A stretch of 64,000 nt of DNA from an uncultured Gemmatimonadales bacterium (GTDB taxonomy: Bacteria; Gemmatimonadota; Gemmatimonadetes; Gemmatimonadales; GWC2-71-9), in the NCBI GenBank assembly GCA_963828735.1, contig CAWHFW010000002.1, positions 768,001 to 832,000 of the forward strand, in the 5' to 3' direction. The notes under the pieces were generated by a model, which made no database searches, was not told where the DNA came from, and saw only the letters and a list, made by a program, of their open reading frames with translations. The number at the start of each line of letters is the position of its first letter. Position 1 is the first letter of the stretch. Below are positions 50,660-60,934 of the stretch, piece by piece. Both the position numbers and the translations under genes were made by a program.

Positions 50660-51169
50660 TCAGGACGCCGGGGAAAGCGGCGCCGTGGCGAAGTTCACGT
50701 TGAAGCGGTAGCACCAGATCGTGACCGCCCGATACTTGGTCAGGTCCAGGTCCGCCGGGATGTCGTAGTTCTGGTCGCCCTGGTTGCCCTTGAGCTTGCC
50801 CAGCTCGACGAACCCGGAGCGGGTGACGGATGCGTTGTCGCTCGCGTCGGCCGCCGCGACGAGATAGACCCGGACGTCGGGACCGTTCGATGTCGTGAAG
50901 TCCGTGAACCGGAGCACGCGGTGGCCGTTCCCCAGGTCGTGGACGGTGGCGGTGCCCCTGGTTTCATGCGCGACCGAGTGGAACTGGCCGGAGAGGAGCG
51001 AGGCCGGCACGGCCGGCGCGCCCATGGTCATCCCTTCCGAGACGTCCGCGCCGCTCGTCGTGAGAGTCTCATTCACCCTCTTGTTCACGAACAGGAGCTC
51101 CGGGCGGAACAGGTACCACCCGATCCCCCCGAGTACGACTACGGCGGCGATCCAGATGCGGCGTTTCAT
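50660..51169 (-). CDS. Membrane-anchored DM13 domain protein
   Basis: N-terminal TM; GQF..HETRG, NGPDVRVYL, LGKLKGNQGDQNY, VTIWCYRFNVNFA. Confidence 0.9.
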   Translation of the reverse strand: MKRRIWIAAVVVLGGIGWYLFRPELLFVNKRVNETLTTSGADVSEGMTMGAPAVPASLLSGQFHSVAHETRGTATVHDLGNGHRVLRFTDFTTSNGPDVRVYLVAAADASDNASVTRSGFVELGKLKGNQGDQNYDIPADLDLTKYRAVTIWCYRFNVNFATAPLSPAS

Positions 51170-51228
51170 CCTTCCTTCTCCTTCGGCTGACGGTGGCGAG
51201 CCTTCACGAGCTTGGCGATCGATGGCGG

Positions 51229-52071
51229 CTATAATGCCGCAGGCCCGCCGAAGGTTCCCCGCGTCGCGCGGTACTCGCAGTGGATGCAGCGCCGGGCGTT
51301 CTGATGGTGGAGCTTCGCGCAGAACAGTCGCCCGTTGCGCCGCAGGTGGAGCTCGGCCGCGCCCAGCATGCCCAGCAGCGGCGCGGCGAAGTAGATCCAG
51401 AGCGCGGTCCACTCCCCCGCCCACAGCGCCGAGCCGACCGTACGCGCCGGGTTCATGCTCATGCCGCTGAGCGGTGCCTCGACCGTGATGAACGCCGCCA
51501 CGAGCACGCCCGCGCAGGCACCGGTCAGCCATCCATGACGCGGGTCGCTCGAGACGATCAGCACGACGGTCATGAGGAGAAACGAGATCGCGACCTCCGC
51601 CGCGAATGCCGCACCCACCCCCAGCGGCCCGGGAACCGTCACGGCGTACCGCACCGACTCGTCGGCCACCAGCGGGCCCGCCATCAGCGTGGCGCCCAGC
51701 ACACCGAGCGCCGACCCGACGAACTGCGCGGCGATGTACGCGCCCGCATCCCATCCGCCGATCCGGCCGAGCCGGAGGAACGCCAGGGTGACCGCGGGGT
51801 TGTAGTGCGCCCCGGATTGCTTGCCCCAGCCGGAGTAGTTGAGCGCCACCGCCGTTCCACCCATGGCGATTCCCATGAGCAGTCGGCGTGTGAAGGGACT
51901 CGGCACCATGGCCGGGAGCGGACTCGCGGGATGAAACAGGAATACCGTGAAGAGGCACGCCGACAGCATGAACGTGCCCAGCAGCGCGGCCTCGATGGCG
52001 TACTCGGGCCAGTGCCGCGCCATCGCGCTCGAGGCGAGTGTGGTGGCGGCGGTGGCCGGGCGCGCACTCAC
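51229..52071 (-). CDS. MIP/aquaporin family channel
   Basis: SGAHYNPAVT and SMNPAR; about 6 TM; GTGA overlap with the upstream gene; C-terminal CAKLHH...CIHC. Confidence 0.92.
   Translation of the reverse strand: MSARPATAATTLASSAMARHWPEYAIEAALLGTFMLSACLFTVFLFHPASPLPAMVPSPFTRRLLMGIAMGGTAVALNYSGWGKQSGAHYNPAVTLAFLRLGRIGGWDAGAYIAAQFVGSALGVLGATLMAGPLVADESVRYAVTVPGPLGVGAAFAAEVAISFLLMTVVLIVSSDPRHGWLTGACAGVLVAAFITVEAPLSGMSMNPARTVGSALWAGEWTALWIYFAAPLLGMLGAAELHLRRNGRLFCAKLHHQNARRCIHCEYRATRGTFGGPAAL
51233..51258 (-). promoter_or_regulatory. ECF-sigma-like promoter, copy 3 (within the 3' end of the MIP gene)
   Basis: GGAACC-TTCGGCGGGCCTGCGG-CATT, 63 nt before the DM13 ATG. Confidence 0.72.
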
Positions 52072-54047
52072 GAGTGCACCAGCTCAAGCTCCGCGTGGGC
52101 GCCGGCCAGGACCTGCTGGTCGAGGCGGAGGAGCTCGCCCACGGACCACGCCTGGAACGGGCAGCCGCGCGGCGTGTGCGGCGGCTCGGCATCGGCGATC
52201 TCCGACACGTGCCCGATGCCCGCGCGCGAGAGATGCAGCTGCAGCGGCGTCAGGAAGCGGGACCGCGCCTCGGCGACCGAGTCGGCCGTGGCGCCCCGGA
52301 CCCGCACCCAGGCCTCGACGAACGGTCCAAGCAGCCAGGGCCAGACTGTGCCCTGATGATAGGCGCTGTCGCGCGAGCGAACGTCGCCCTCGTACCGGGG
52401 CCGATAGTCGTCCGCGTCCGCGGCGAGCGTTCGGAGACCGAGCGGGGTCCACAGCCGCCGCTCGACGGCATCCACGATCCGGCGGGCACGATCGCCCGTG
52501 ACGAGCGGGAACGGCAAGCCGCCGACAGCCAGGATCTGATTGGGCCGCATGGCCGCCTCCAGCGCTCCTGCCACGTGACCCGCGTCCACCACGTCGTAGA
52601 GGCAGCCCTCGGCCTCGTTCCAGAACCGGTCCGCAAAGGCGGCCAGGCCGCGCCTGCGAAGCGAGGCGTAGGCGCCGGTGAACGCCTCCGCGATCGTGAG
52701 CGCGTTGAGCCAGAGGGCCTGGATCTCGACCGGCTTCCCGATCCGGGGCGTCACCACCCAATCGCCCACCTTCGCGTCCATCCAGGTGAGTTGAACGCCG
52801 GGCTCACCCGAGGCCAGCAAGCCGTCCTCCATCGCCCGAATGCCGTACCGCGTGCCCCGGACATGCCCGTCGACAATGGCCCGCACCGCCTCGCCGAGGC
52901 GGGCGCGGTCTGCGGCGGCGGGCTTCCGGCCCTCGGCCTCGACGGCGCGCAGGTAGTCGTGCACCGCGACGACGTACCAGAGCGAGGCATCCACCGTGTT
53001 GTACTCTGGCCCGTCGCCCTGATCCACGAATCGGTTGGGCAGCATCCCTTCGGAGACGAGCCCGGCCCACTCGAGCAGGATGGACCGCGCGTCGCTCAGG
53101 CGCCCCGTCGCCAGACATAACCCGCGGAGCGAGATGAGCGTGTCGCGCCCCCAGTCGGTGAACCATGGATATCCTGCGACGATGGTCTTTCCCTGGCCTC
53201 GCCGGACCAGGTACGCGTCAGCCGCCCGATGCAGCGGCGTCGGGAATCGCGACCGGCGATTCCGCTCGGCGCGACGGAGGCGCGCGTACGCGGAGGCCGC
53301 CTCGGAGCCGGAAGGCACCGTGCCCGCGACGGAGAGCAGGAGGACCGCGTCGCCGTCCGCCAGATCCCAATGCAGCATTCCCGGCGCCGCCAGGTCCTCC
53401 ACGAAATCGAGACCCCGCGCACGCTCCTCGTCATACTGAAAGCCGCGATACCACTGGGGATCGGGCGCGTAGCTCCCGTTGGTGAGCGCCTCGACCGCCG
53501 GCACTCCCTGGTAGGGAGTCCAGGTCACCCGGCCGTGCCCGATGTCCGCGGCGAACCGGAAGGCGGGATTCTCGTGGTGCAGCGCGTGGGAATCGCGGCC
53601 GGAAAGGAACAGGCGCACGGCGAGAGGCACTGGGCCGCGCCGAGCGCTCGCCCGCCATCGCAGCGCCACGAGCGGTTGCCCCGACGGCACGAACAGCTCG
53701 TGCTCGATCCGCGTCCCGTCGGCGAGTCGCCAGGTCCACGTGGGCCACGGCTCCGCACCGAACGATTCGAGCGCGGCGCCCTCCGCCGGCGCGACGAGGC
53801 CCGGCGCGTATCGCTGCCGGCTCAGGTACTCGGGCGCGGCGGCGTGCCCCTCGGCCGTCGCGTGGGCCACCCAGGCGTCGAAGCCGTTCACCAGCACCAT
53901 CCGCCCGGTCGGCGGCGTGGTGGCCACCTGGAGGAGCGCGTGATAGCGCCGGGTGCGGAGCCCGCTCGTCGTTCCGGTCGCGAAGCCGCCCAGACCGTCG
54001 GCCTCCAGCCACTCGGTGGCCTCGTCCAGAGGATAGGGTTCCCTCAT
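52068..54047 (-). CDS. Amylo-alpha-1,6-glucosidase / glycogen debranching enzyme (GH133-like)
   Basis: [60 protein letters not shown]. Confidence 0.92.
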   Translation of the reverse strand: MREPYPLDEATEWLEADGLGGFATGTTSGLRTRRYHALLQVATTPPTGRMVLVNGFDAWVAHATAEGHAAAPEYLSRQRYAPGLVAPAEGAALESFGAEPWPTWTWRLADGTRIEHELFVPSGQPLVALRWRASARRGPVPLAVRLFLSGRDSHALHHENPAFRFAADIGHGRVTWTPYQGVPAVEALTNGSYAPDPQWYRGFQYDEERARGLDFVEDLAAPGMLHWDLADGDAVLLLSVAGTVPSGSEAASAYARLRRAERNRRSRFPTPLHRAADAYLVRRGQGKTIVAGYPWFTDWGRDTLISLRGLCLATGRLSDARSILLEWAGLVSEGMLPNRFVDQGDGPEYNTVDASLWYVVAVHDYLRAVEAEGRKPAAADRARLGEAVRAIVDGHVRGTRYGIRAMEDGLLASGEPGVQLTWMDAKVGDWVVTPRIGKPVEIQALWLNALTIAEAFTGAYASLRRRGLAAFADRFWNEAEGCLYDVVDAGHVAGALEAAMRPNQILAVGGLPFPLVTGDRARRIVDAVERRLWTPLGLRTLAADADDYRPRYEGDVRSRDSAYHQGTVWPWLLGPFVEAWVRVRGATADSVAEARSRFLTPLQLHLSRAGIGHVSEIADAEPPHTPRGCPFQAWSVGELLRLDQQVLAGAHAELELVHS

Positions 54048-56773
54048 CGCGCGCTCCCCGTCAGCCGCCGGCTCTCCGTCGGCGCGACCGCGGACCCACC
54101 CGCGGCACGGCGGCGCGCGGTACCCTCGATGCAGCGGAGCACGAGCGACGTCCAGCCGGTCTGATGGCTCGCTCCGACGCCCCGGCCGGTATCGCCGTGG
54201 AAATATTCGTGGAACAGGATCAGGTCCTTCCAATGCGGATCCGTCGCATAGCGCTCCTCGTCGCCATGACACGGCCGATGCCCGGAGCGGTCGGCCAGGA
54301 ACGTGTTCGCCAGCCGCTGCTCCAGCTCGTGGGCCACCTCCTGCAGATTCATCAACCGTCCCGAGCCGACCGGGCACTCGATGGTGAGCCCTTCACCGTA
54401 GAAGTGGTGGTAGCGCTCCAGCGCCTCGAGCAGGAGATAGTTGATCGGAAACCAGATCGGGCCTCGCCAGTTCGAGTTTCCGCCGAACAAGCCCGTGTTG
54501 CCCTCCGCGGGGACATAGTCCACGCGGTGCACCATGCCCTGGACCTCGATCTCGTACGGCCGGTCGCGGTGTACCCTGGACACCGAGCGAATGCCGTGCG
54601 GTGACAGGAACTCGCTTTCGTCCAGGACATAGCGGAGCACTCGCTGCAGCCGCTCGCGAGTCGGGATGGCGAGCAGGCGCTTGAGGAGGTGGCCCTCGCC
54701 CATCCGAGGCTCCATGCACGCGATGCGGGCCGCCAGATCCGACCGGTTGGTGAGAAACCATGTCACGCGCTTCCGAAAGCCCTCGAGCCGCTCGAACTTC
54801 GCCTCATCGAGCACCTCCACGGCAATGAGCGGAATGATGCCCACGAGCGACCGGACCTTGAGCGCGCGGTGCTCGCCATCCACATGCAGCTGGTCGTAGT
54901 AGAACCCGTCGTCGTCGCTCCAGAGGCCGGAGCCGCCCAGGCTGTTGATCGCATCCGCGATGGCGACAAAATGCTCGAAGAATTTCGACGCCACATCCTC
55001 GTACGCCGGATCCTCGCTGGCCAGCTCGAGCGCCATCGACAGCATCGTGTTGCAGTAGAACGCCATCCAGGCCGTGCCGTCGGCTTGCTCCAGATGCCCG
55101 CCCGTGGGAAGCGGTCGCGACCGGTCGAACACACCGATGTTGTCCAGGCCGAGGAACCCGCCGGCGAACAGGTTCCGTCCCTCGGGATCCTTCCGGTTCA
55201 CCCACCAGGTGAAGTTGAGCAACAGCTTCTGGAACACGCGCTCGAGGAACAGCCGGTCACGCTGACCCTTGGGGCCCGTCATCTTGTAGACCCGCCAGCA
55301 GGCCCACGCGTGGACCGGCGGGTTCACGTCGTCGAAGGCGAATTCGTAGGCCGGGATCTGCCCGTTCGGGTGCATGTACCACTCGCGGAGCAGCAGCACG
55401 AGCTGCTCCTTGGCGAAGTGGGGGTCCACCTTGGCGAACGGAATCATGTGGAACGCCAGGTCCCAGGCGGCGAACCACGGATACTCCCACTTGTCGGGCA
55501 TCGAGATGACGTCGCGGTTGTAGACATGCGGCCACTCGGTGTTGCGACCTGCCAACCGACTCGACGGCGGCGGCGGCTGCGCCGGGTCGCCCTCGAGCCA
55601 ATCGCGCTGCACGTAGTGGTAGAACTGCTTGCTCCACAGCAGCCCGGCATACCCCTGACGGAGCACGCGCCGCTCGTCTTCGGTGGCGGCCGAGGGAACG
55701 CGCTCCGCGTAGAACTCGTCGGCCTCGGAGATCCGGTCCGCGAACACGCTGTCGAACGCGGGGCCAAATGCCGATCCGGCGGAATGCCGCGCCGCGCGGA
55801 GCCGGAGGCGAACCATGCGTTCACCACCCGCCGGCACGACCAGTCGATAGCGGAAGGCGGCCTTGGTTCCCTCCTCGGCGGGATTGATCGCCGCCGACTC
55901 ACCGTTCACGATCGCGCGGTGGAAGGCGTCCTTCACGTATGGCTGCGGGTTCGGCGCGCCGAACAGTCGGGAGGCGTTGGTCTCGTTTTCGGTGAAGAGC
56001 AGCGCCGGGAGGCCATCGGAAGCCGTGTCCGCCTCGAGCACGTAGCGGCCGAGGCCGGCGTGCTCCGCCGCGATGGCTGCCCCGCCTCCGGCCAAGCGCC
56101 GGAGCGTTGGTTTCGGCCAGTAGCCTTCGCCCGAGCGGCCCCAACTCCAGGTGTTCCGAAACCACACGGTCGGGAGCACGTCCAGGGTCGCAGGCTCCGG
56201 ACCGCGATTGGCCACGGTGATGCGGATGAGAATGTCCTCCTCATCGGCCTTGGCGTACTCGGCGATGACATCGAAATACCGGCCATCATCGAAGACTCCG
56301 GTGTCGAGCAGCTCGTATTCGGGCTCGGTCTTGCTCCGCTCGCGGTTGACGCGGACCAGCGGCTCGTAGGGGTACTCGGCCTGGGGGTACTTGTAGAGGC
56401 CTTTCAGGTAGGAGTGCGTCGGCGTAGAGTCGAGATAGTAGTAGAGCTCCTTCACGTCCTCGCCGTGGTTCCCCTCCGGCCCGGTGAGGCCGAAGAGCCG
56501 CTCCTTCAGGATGGGGTCGCGCCCGTTCCACAGCGCGAGCGCGAAGCAGAGACGACATTGCCGGTCGGTGATGCCGAGCAGACCGTCTTCGCCCCAGCGA
56601 TAGGTTCGGCTCCGCGATTGCTCGTGCGAGAAATAGTCCCAGACGCTGCCGTCGCCCGAGTAGTCCTCTCGCACCGTCCCCCACTGCCGCTCGGCGAGGT
56701 ATGGCCCCCAGCGCTTCCAGTTTCCCTCACGGCGCGCGTCCGATGCCAGGCGTCCCGCTTCGGCTCCCATCAT
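54044..56773 (-). CDS. MGH1-like GH63 family glucosidase
   Basis: [68 protein letters not shown]. Confidence 0.9.
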   Translation of the reverse strand: MMGAEAGRLASDARREGNWKRWGPYLAERQWGTVREDYSGDGSVWDYFSHEQSRSRTYRWGEDGLLGITDRQCRLCFALALWNGRDPILKERLFGLTGPEGNHGEDVKELYYYLDSTPTHSYLKGLYKYPQAEYPYEPLVRVNRERSKTEPEYELLDTGVFDDGRYFDVIAEYAKADEEDILIRITVANRGPEPATLDVLPTVWFRNTWSWGRSGEGYWPKPTLRRLAGGGAAIAAEHAGLGRYVLEADTASDGLPALLFTENETNASRLFGAPNPQPYVKDAFHRAIVNGESAAINPAEEGTKAAFRYRLVVPAGGERMVRLRLRAARHSAGSAFGPAFDSVFADRISEADEFYAERVPSAATEDERRVLRQGYAGLLWSKQFYHYVQRDWLEGDPAQPPPPSSRLAGRNTEWPHVYNRDVISMPDKWEYPWFAAWDLAFHMIPFAKVDPHFAKEQLVLLLREWYMHPNGQIPAYEFAFDDVNPPVHAWACWRVYKMTGPKGQRDRLFLERVFQKLLLNFTWWVNRKDPEGRNLFAGGFLGLDNIGVFDRSRPLPTGGHLEQADGTAWMAFYCNTMLSMALELASEDPAYEDVASKFFEHFVAIADAINSLGGSGLWSDDDGFYYDQLHVDGEHRALKVRSLVGIIPLIAVEVLDEAKFERLEGFRKRVTWFLTNRSDLAARIACMEPRMGEGHLLKRLLAIPTRERLQRVLRYVLDESEFLSPHGIRSVSRVHRDRPYEIEVQGMVHRVDYVPAEGNTGLFGGNSNWRGPIWFPINYLLLEALERYHHFYGEGLTIECPVGSGRLMNLQEVAHELEQRLANTFLADRSGHRPCHGDEERYATDPHWKDLILFHEYFHGDTGRGVGASHQTGWTSLVLRCIEGTARRRAAGGSAVAPTESRRLTGSAR

Positions 56774-56784
56774 CGACCTCCGTC

Positions 56785-57048
56785 CTAGTACATGGTCTCG
56801 ATCATGAGACGGGTGTGGATGGCCCCGCGCAGCGCTGCCGGCAATGCGATGCGGCGCAGTCGGGCGCGGATGCCCTCGATCACCCTCCGCTCGAACCGGA
56901 CCGCCGAGGCGCAGGCGCGGCAACCAGCCAGGTGCCGCTCGACCCGCCGAAGATCCTCGCCCCTGAGCGCTCGATCCACATAGTCGTCGAGCCGACGTAC
57001 AACGTTCTCGCAGTCGTTGCGGTCCATCGAGTCGGGTGCTGCAGTCAT
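56785..57048 (-). CDS. Second zf-HC2 (ZAS, RsrA-like) anti-sigma factor
   Basis: [14 protein letters not shown]...HLAGCRAC (Hx3Cx2C)...LPAALRGAI; clear paralog of 44940-45218. Confidence 0.85.
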   Translation of the reverse strand: MTAAPDSMDRNDCENVVRRLDDYVDRALRGEDLRRVERHLAGCRACASAVRFERRVIEGIRARLRRIALPAALRGAIHTRLMIETMY

Positions 57049-57106
57049 GCACGTGCCTTTCGCGGACTGGAACGGGCCGATGCCGCTGGAACCCCGACAC
57101 GGCCGA

Positions 57107-57132
57107 AACGCCGGCAAACCGGGATTGGTTCC
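57107..57132 (-). promoter_or_regulatory. ECF-sigma-like promoter, copy 4
   Basis: GGAACC-AATCCCGGTTTGCCGG-CGTT, 58 nt before ATG 57048. Confidence 0.78.
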
Positions 57133-57339
57133 ACGCCGGAAGTGGGGTCCCGGGGGGTCTGGACCGGGGGGCCCCGGGCGGTATACTAGGCTGTCCCTCA
57201 AGCGGTCCTGCCGCGAGCTCCTGCAGGGCCCGGTTCCACGCCCAGACGTCGGTCTCGATCCCAACCCGGATATGCCCGGGCGGTACTGCCTCTCCTGTTC
57301 GTCCGAAGGCCACCAGCTGCCTGGTCCTGGAGATTGCCC

Positions 57340-58158
57340 ATGATCGAGATCCGCGCGAAGGACTCCGACGCCGTTCTCCTGCGCTTGCCCGCCGACACGC
57401 TTGCGGGTGCGACCCTCGCGGGCCTCGCGTTGCCTGGAGCGGACCTGGCGGGCGCCGACTTGCGCGGGAGCGACTTTCGAGGCGCGGACCTCTGCAAGGC
57501 GCGGCTCGTCGGGGCGGACCTTCGCGGGGCGCACCTTGACGGGGCAGACCTCACCTCGGCCGACCTCACGGATGCCGACCTGACCGGCGCTCACCTGAGC
57601 GACGTCACGTTCCTCGCAGCCACGTTCCTGCGTTCGCGGCTGGCGCGAGCCGACGCGCTGCGCGCGACGTTCGAGTTCGCCACGCTGCGTGACGCGGCGT
57701 GCGGCAGCGCCTCCTTCGTGCGGGCCGATTTCAGCCATTCCATCGTCGTGGGCTGCGATTTCTCCGGCGCCGACCTCTCGGCCGCCACCCTCAGTCACTC
57801 CACCTGGCGCCAGTGCAACCTCGCCTATGCCACGCTCGCGATGGCCGTGCTGGACGGGACCTGTCTTGCCGAGACCGACTTGAGCCATGCCGAGCTCTCG
57901 CGCGCCTTCCTGGCAGGCCCCACGCTGGCCGGCGCCGATTTCACCGGGGCCACTCTCGGCCGGACCGTGCTCGCGGCGTGCGCCGACCTCTCGCGTGCCC
58001 GCGGCCTCGAGGCGGTCGTGCACCACGGGCATTCGTGTGTGGATCTGGCGACACTTCGGGCGGGCTTGGACACGCTGCCTGAAAGCTTCCTGCAGGGTGC
58101 GGGGGTGGAGCGCGACGAGCTGGAGGCACTGAGGAGCGCCATGGCTCCGTCGCACTAG
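57340..58158 (+). CDS. Pentapeptide repeat protein
   Basis: Many A(D/T/E)(L/F)xx repeats ([20 protein letters not shown]...). Confidence 0.9.
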   Translation: MIEIRAKDSDAVLLRLPADTLAGATLAGLALPGADLAGADLRGSDFRGADLCKARLVGADLRGAHLDGADLTSADLTDADLTGAHLSDVTFLAATFLRSRLARADALRATFEFATLRDAACGSASFVRADFSHSIVVGCDFSGADLSAATLSHSTWRQCNLAYATLAMAVLDGTCLAETDLSHAELSRAFLAGPTLAGADFTGATLGRTVLAACADLSRARGLEAVVHHGHSCVDLATLRAGLDTLPESFLQGAGVERDELEALRSAMAPSH

Positions 58159-58281
58159 CGGCCGGTCGTTTTCAATCTAGCAGCGACTCGACGTCTTGAA
58201 GCGGGCTCGCCCTCGCGACCGGACGTGGGAGCAGTGTCAGGTCGTTCGGGGCGCGCCGGACTTCCGCGGATCGCCCGAACG

Positions 58282-58316
58282 AAAAAGGGGGCAAGCTCCC
58301 GAGGAGCATGCCCCCT
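58282..58316 (-). terminator. Intrinsic terminator of the uppS operon
   Basis: Stem AGGGGGCA.GCTCC/GGAGC.TGCCCCCT followed by a T run on the minus strand. Confidence 0.75.
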
Positions 58317-58337
58317 GCACACCGAGCCACCCCCGCG

Positions 58338-59795
58338 TCAGGTTCGACCGGAAGCGTCGCAGCCGATCGCCCCGCGTGGGGCTCGCGCGAGCGCGATGGT
58401 CCAGCGATTGGCGTTCTCGAACACATGACGCCAGCGCTCATCGAGCCTCGCCGCCGCGGTACACGCGTCCGCGCTCGCCAGCTTCGGCAGCCCCCGATGG
58501 AGCGCAGGCAGCGCGTCAGCGCTCAGCTCTTCCGCGTAGCTGACGTCGAACGGGCGGCCTCGCGCGGCGCGGTCCAGGTTCACGCTCGCGATGACACCGT
58601 CCGGATTGGCCAGATTGAGCCCCGCCAACACCAGCCAGCCCGCCAGCAGAGCGCCCGTGCCGAAACGCTCGCGCCGCCCCCGGAGCACGGTCGCTCCGAA
58701 CCAGCCGAAGACGAGCACCAGCCACCCCATGAAGGCCGTGGTGTAGAACCGGAGCTCGGTGAGACCGAACTCGATCGTGTACAGCCGCATGCGGTAGAGC
58801 GCGGAGGCGAGCATCACGTCGAGGAGGACCAGCATCAGCAGGGCGAGGCGACGGAAGGCGCGTGCCCGGCCGGGATCGCGCTGGTCGAGTGACCAGTCCG
58901 CCAGGAGGAGCAGCGGCAGCGAGAGTGCCGCCACCGTCACCAGCTCGAAGAACCCGCGCCGGGCGTACTCGGCGTAGCTCAGGCCCGTGACCTCGCGCAC
59001 CAGCTCGGCGCCCCCGAACAGATAACGGAATTGGACCGCCACGAACGCGAGGAAGAGCAGGTCCACCGCCGCCAGGACCACTCCGACCTGCGCCAGCCCG
59101 AGCGTGCCGCGCCGCGCCGCGACATCGACGGCAGCGTCCGGACGGCACAGGGCGCGCAGAATGCCGGCAGCGAGCCAGGCCCACAGGAAGATGACGCCGG
59201 TGTGCGACGCGAGCGCTCCCACATCGAAATTGAACGAGCGCACCACCAACCGATCGAACACCGGATCGGCCTGCATGAGCAGGCTTCCGAACACCGCGGC
59301 GACCGGTACCGCGGCCGCGAGGCCGACGGCCGCGCCACCCGCCTGCCGCATCCGGCCCCCGACCGGCAGCGTTCGCCAGTCCACCTCGCTGAACGCGACG
59401 ATCGGCGCGCCGCTCGCGGCGCCGCCGAGCAGCTCGCTCGCGCCGCGCGCGTAGTCGCCCAGGCCCGCCCGCCTGCGACCCACCGCGCGAAGTCTCGGAG
59501 ACGCGAGCGCCCCGACCGTCGCCACGCCGGCCAGATTAACGGCGAAGAGCGCCGGAGAGTCCCGCCATATAAGGGCGATGCCGAGCAGCGCGAGCGGTAA
59601 GCCGAGCGGCGTGAGAGATCCGGGTAATCGGACGGCGCCACTGTGCGCCATCGCCAACAGGATGAGAACGAGGGCTCCGAGGCCCAGTGCGGCGTCGAGC
59701 CGGCCCGGGACCGTTCGCGCGAGGACATCGGCGACCACTCCGAACGCCAGCGCTCCCGCGAGGACTGCGATTCCCTGCCGGGTCCGGTCCGTCAT
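58338..59795 (-). CDS. DUF4153/DUF4173-type polytopic membrane protein
   Basis: About 12 TM; ADPVF, QFRYLFGG, YAEYARRGFFEL, RMRLYTIEFGLTELR, LSADA. Confidence 0.8.
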   Translation of the reverse strand: MTDRTRQGIAVLAGALAFGVVADVLARTVPGRLDAALGLGALVLILLAMAHSGAVRLPGSLTPLGLPLALLGIALIWRDSPALFAVNLAGVATVGALASPRLRAVGRRRAGLGDYARGASELLGGAASGAPIVAFSEVDWRTLPVGGRMRQAGGAAVGLAAAVPVAAVFGSLLMQADPVFDRLVVRSFNFDVGALASHTGVIFLWAWLAAGILRALCRPDAAVDVAARRGTLGLAQVGVVLAAVDLLFLAFVAVQFRYLFGGAELVREVTGLSYAEYARRGFFELVTVAALSLPLLLLADWSLDQRDPGRARAFRRLALLMLVLLDVMLASALYRMRLYTIEFGLTELRFYTTAFMGWLVLVFGWFGATVLRGRRERFGTGALLAGWLVLAGLNLANPDGVIASVNLDRAARGRPFDVSYAEELSADALPALHRGLPKLASADACTAAARLDERWRHVFENANRWTIALARAPRGAIGCDASGRT

Positions 59796-59798
59796 GGG

Positions 59799-60509
59799 TC
59801 AGCCGGCCGCCGCGTCGGGCAGGCCACCGAAGCGGCGATCGCGCGCGCTGAAGTCGCGTACCGCTTGGGCTAACGCCTCGGGTCCGAACTCGGGCCACAT
59901 GAGCGGCGTGAAGTGCAGCTCGGCGTAGGCCGCCTCCCACAGGAGGAAATCGCTGAGCCGGCGCTCGCCGCCGGTACGTATGAGCAGGTCCACCTCTGGC
60001 GCGGGCACCCCATGGTCCACGATCGCGAGGAGGCGGCCGAACGATTCGCGCGACGGCACGGTCTCCGGCCGCAGGCACTGGGCCGCGCGGAGGATTGCGT
60101 CCCGCGAGGAATAGTCGAGGGCGATACGGAGGTGCAGTCGGGTTCCCCCGGCGGTCGCGCGCTGCGCCTCCTCGACGGCCTGACGGAGCGCGGGGCTGAG
60201 CCGGTCCCGCCGTCCGATCACCTCGAGCCGAACGCCGTTGGCGACGCAGCGCGGTGTCTCCATCCGCAGGTACTCACGGAAGAGACGCATCAGCCAACCG
60301 ACCTCCGCCTGCGGCCGGCGCCAGTTGTCAGCGGAGAAGGCGTACAGCGTGAGGACGCCGATGCCCGCGTCGGGCGCGGCCTCGACGATGCGCCGCACCA
60401 TCGCGGCTCCCGCCCGGTGCCCCGCCGACCGCGACCGGCCTTGTCGCGTGGCCCACCGGCCGTTGCCGTCCATGATGATGCCGACGTGAATCGCCGTGCT
60501 TTGCTGCAT
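59799..60509 (-). CDS. uppS: cis-prenyltransferase (undecaprenyl diphosphate synthase family)
   Basis: [49 protein letters not shown]. Confidence 0.93.
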   Translation of the reverse strand: MQQSTAIHVGIIMDGNGRWATRQGRSRSAGHRAGAAMVRRIVEAAPDAGIGVLTLYAFSADNWRRPQAEVGWLMRLFREYLRMETPRCVANGVRLEVIGRRDRLSPALRQAVEEAQRATAGGTRLHLRIALDYSSRDAILRAAQCLRPETVPSRESFGRLLAIVDHGVPAPEVDLLIRTGGERRLSDFLLWEAAYAELHFTPLMWPEFGPEALAQAVRDFSARDRRFGGLPDAAAG

Positions 60510-60538
60510 AAAGTCGCTCCGCAAAAAAAAAGAGGGGT

Positions 60539-60934
60539 CTAGTGCTCGCGCGTGGCCCGAATCAGCGCTTCCATGTGCTCCAGGTAGCGCTCGAGCGCGC
60601 GGCGGCCCGCGGGGCTCAGCCGGAACTCGGTGCGGGGAACCCGGCCCTCGAACGTCTTGGTGCACACGACGTACCCGGCCTCCTCCAGCTTCCGGGCGTG
60701 CACGCTGAGATTGCCATCGGTCGTGTCGAGCAGGCGCTTGAGCTCGTTGAAGCTCAAAGCCTCGTTGACCGCGAGGGCGCTTACGATCGCGAGGCGCATC
60801 CGCTCGTGGATGAGTCGGTCGAGCTCGAGTGGGTCGGGCGCGGCGCCGCCGCGCTCGCCGCGGAGCGGCGCTGCCGGCGGCGAGGCGCCATGCGCGGGAC
60901 GCCCTTTGGGCGCCAGGTTGGAGTCAGCCACCAT
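60539..60934 (-). CDS. Winged-helix transcriptional regulator (MarR/ArsR-like)
   Basis: [48 protein letters not shown]. Confidence 0.9.
   Translation of the reverse strand: MVADSNLAPKGRPAHGASPPAAPLRGERGGAAPDPLELDRLIHERMRLAIVSALAVNEALSFNELKRLLDTTDGNLSVHARKLEEAGYVVCTKTFEGRVPRTEFRLSPAGRRALERYLEHMEALIRATREH

Noticed and set aside
57088..57113. Additional GGAACC hexamer on the plus strand (others occur inside CDSs)
   Set aside because: No C(A/G)TT at the 16-nt spacing, so not counted as an ECF promoter
57400..57990. 15-nt periodic repeats suggesting a tandem or CRISPR-like array
   Set aside because: They are the coding pentapeptide repeats; no spacers or cas genes
58159..58281. Possible structured ncRNA between the convergent pentapeptide and DUF4153-like genes
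   Set aside because: Only short GC-rich stems, no recognisable family; compatible with chance pairing or terminator context
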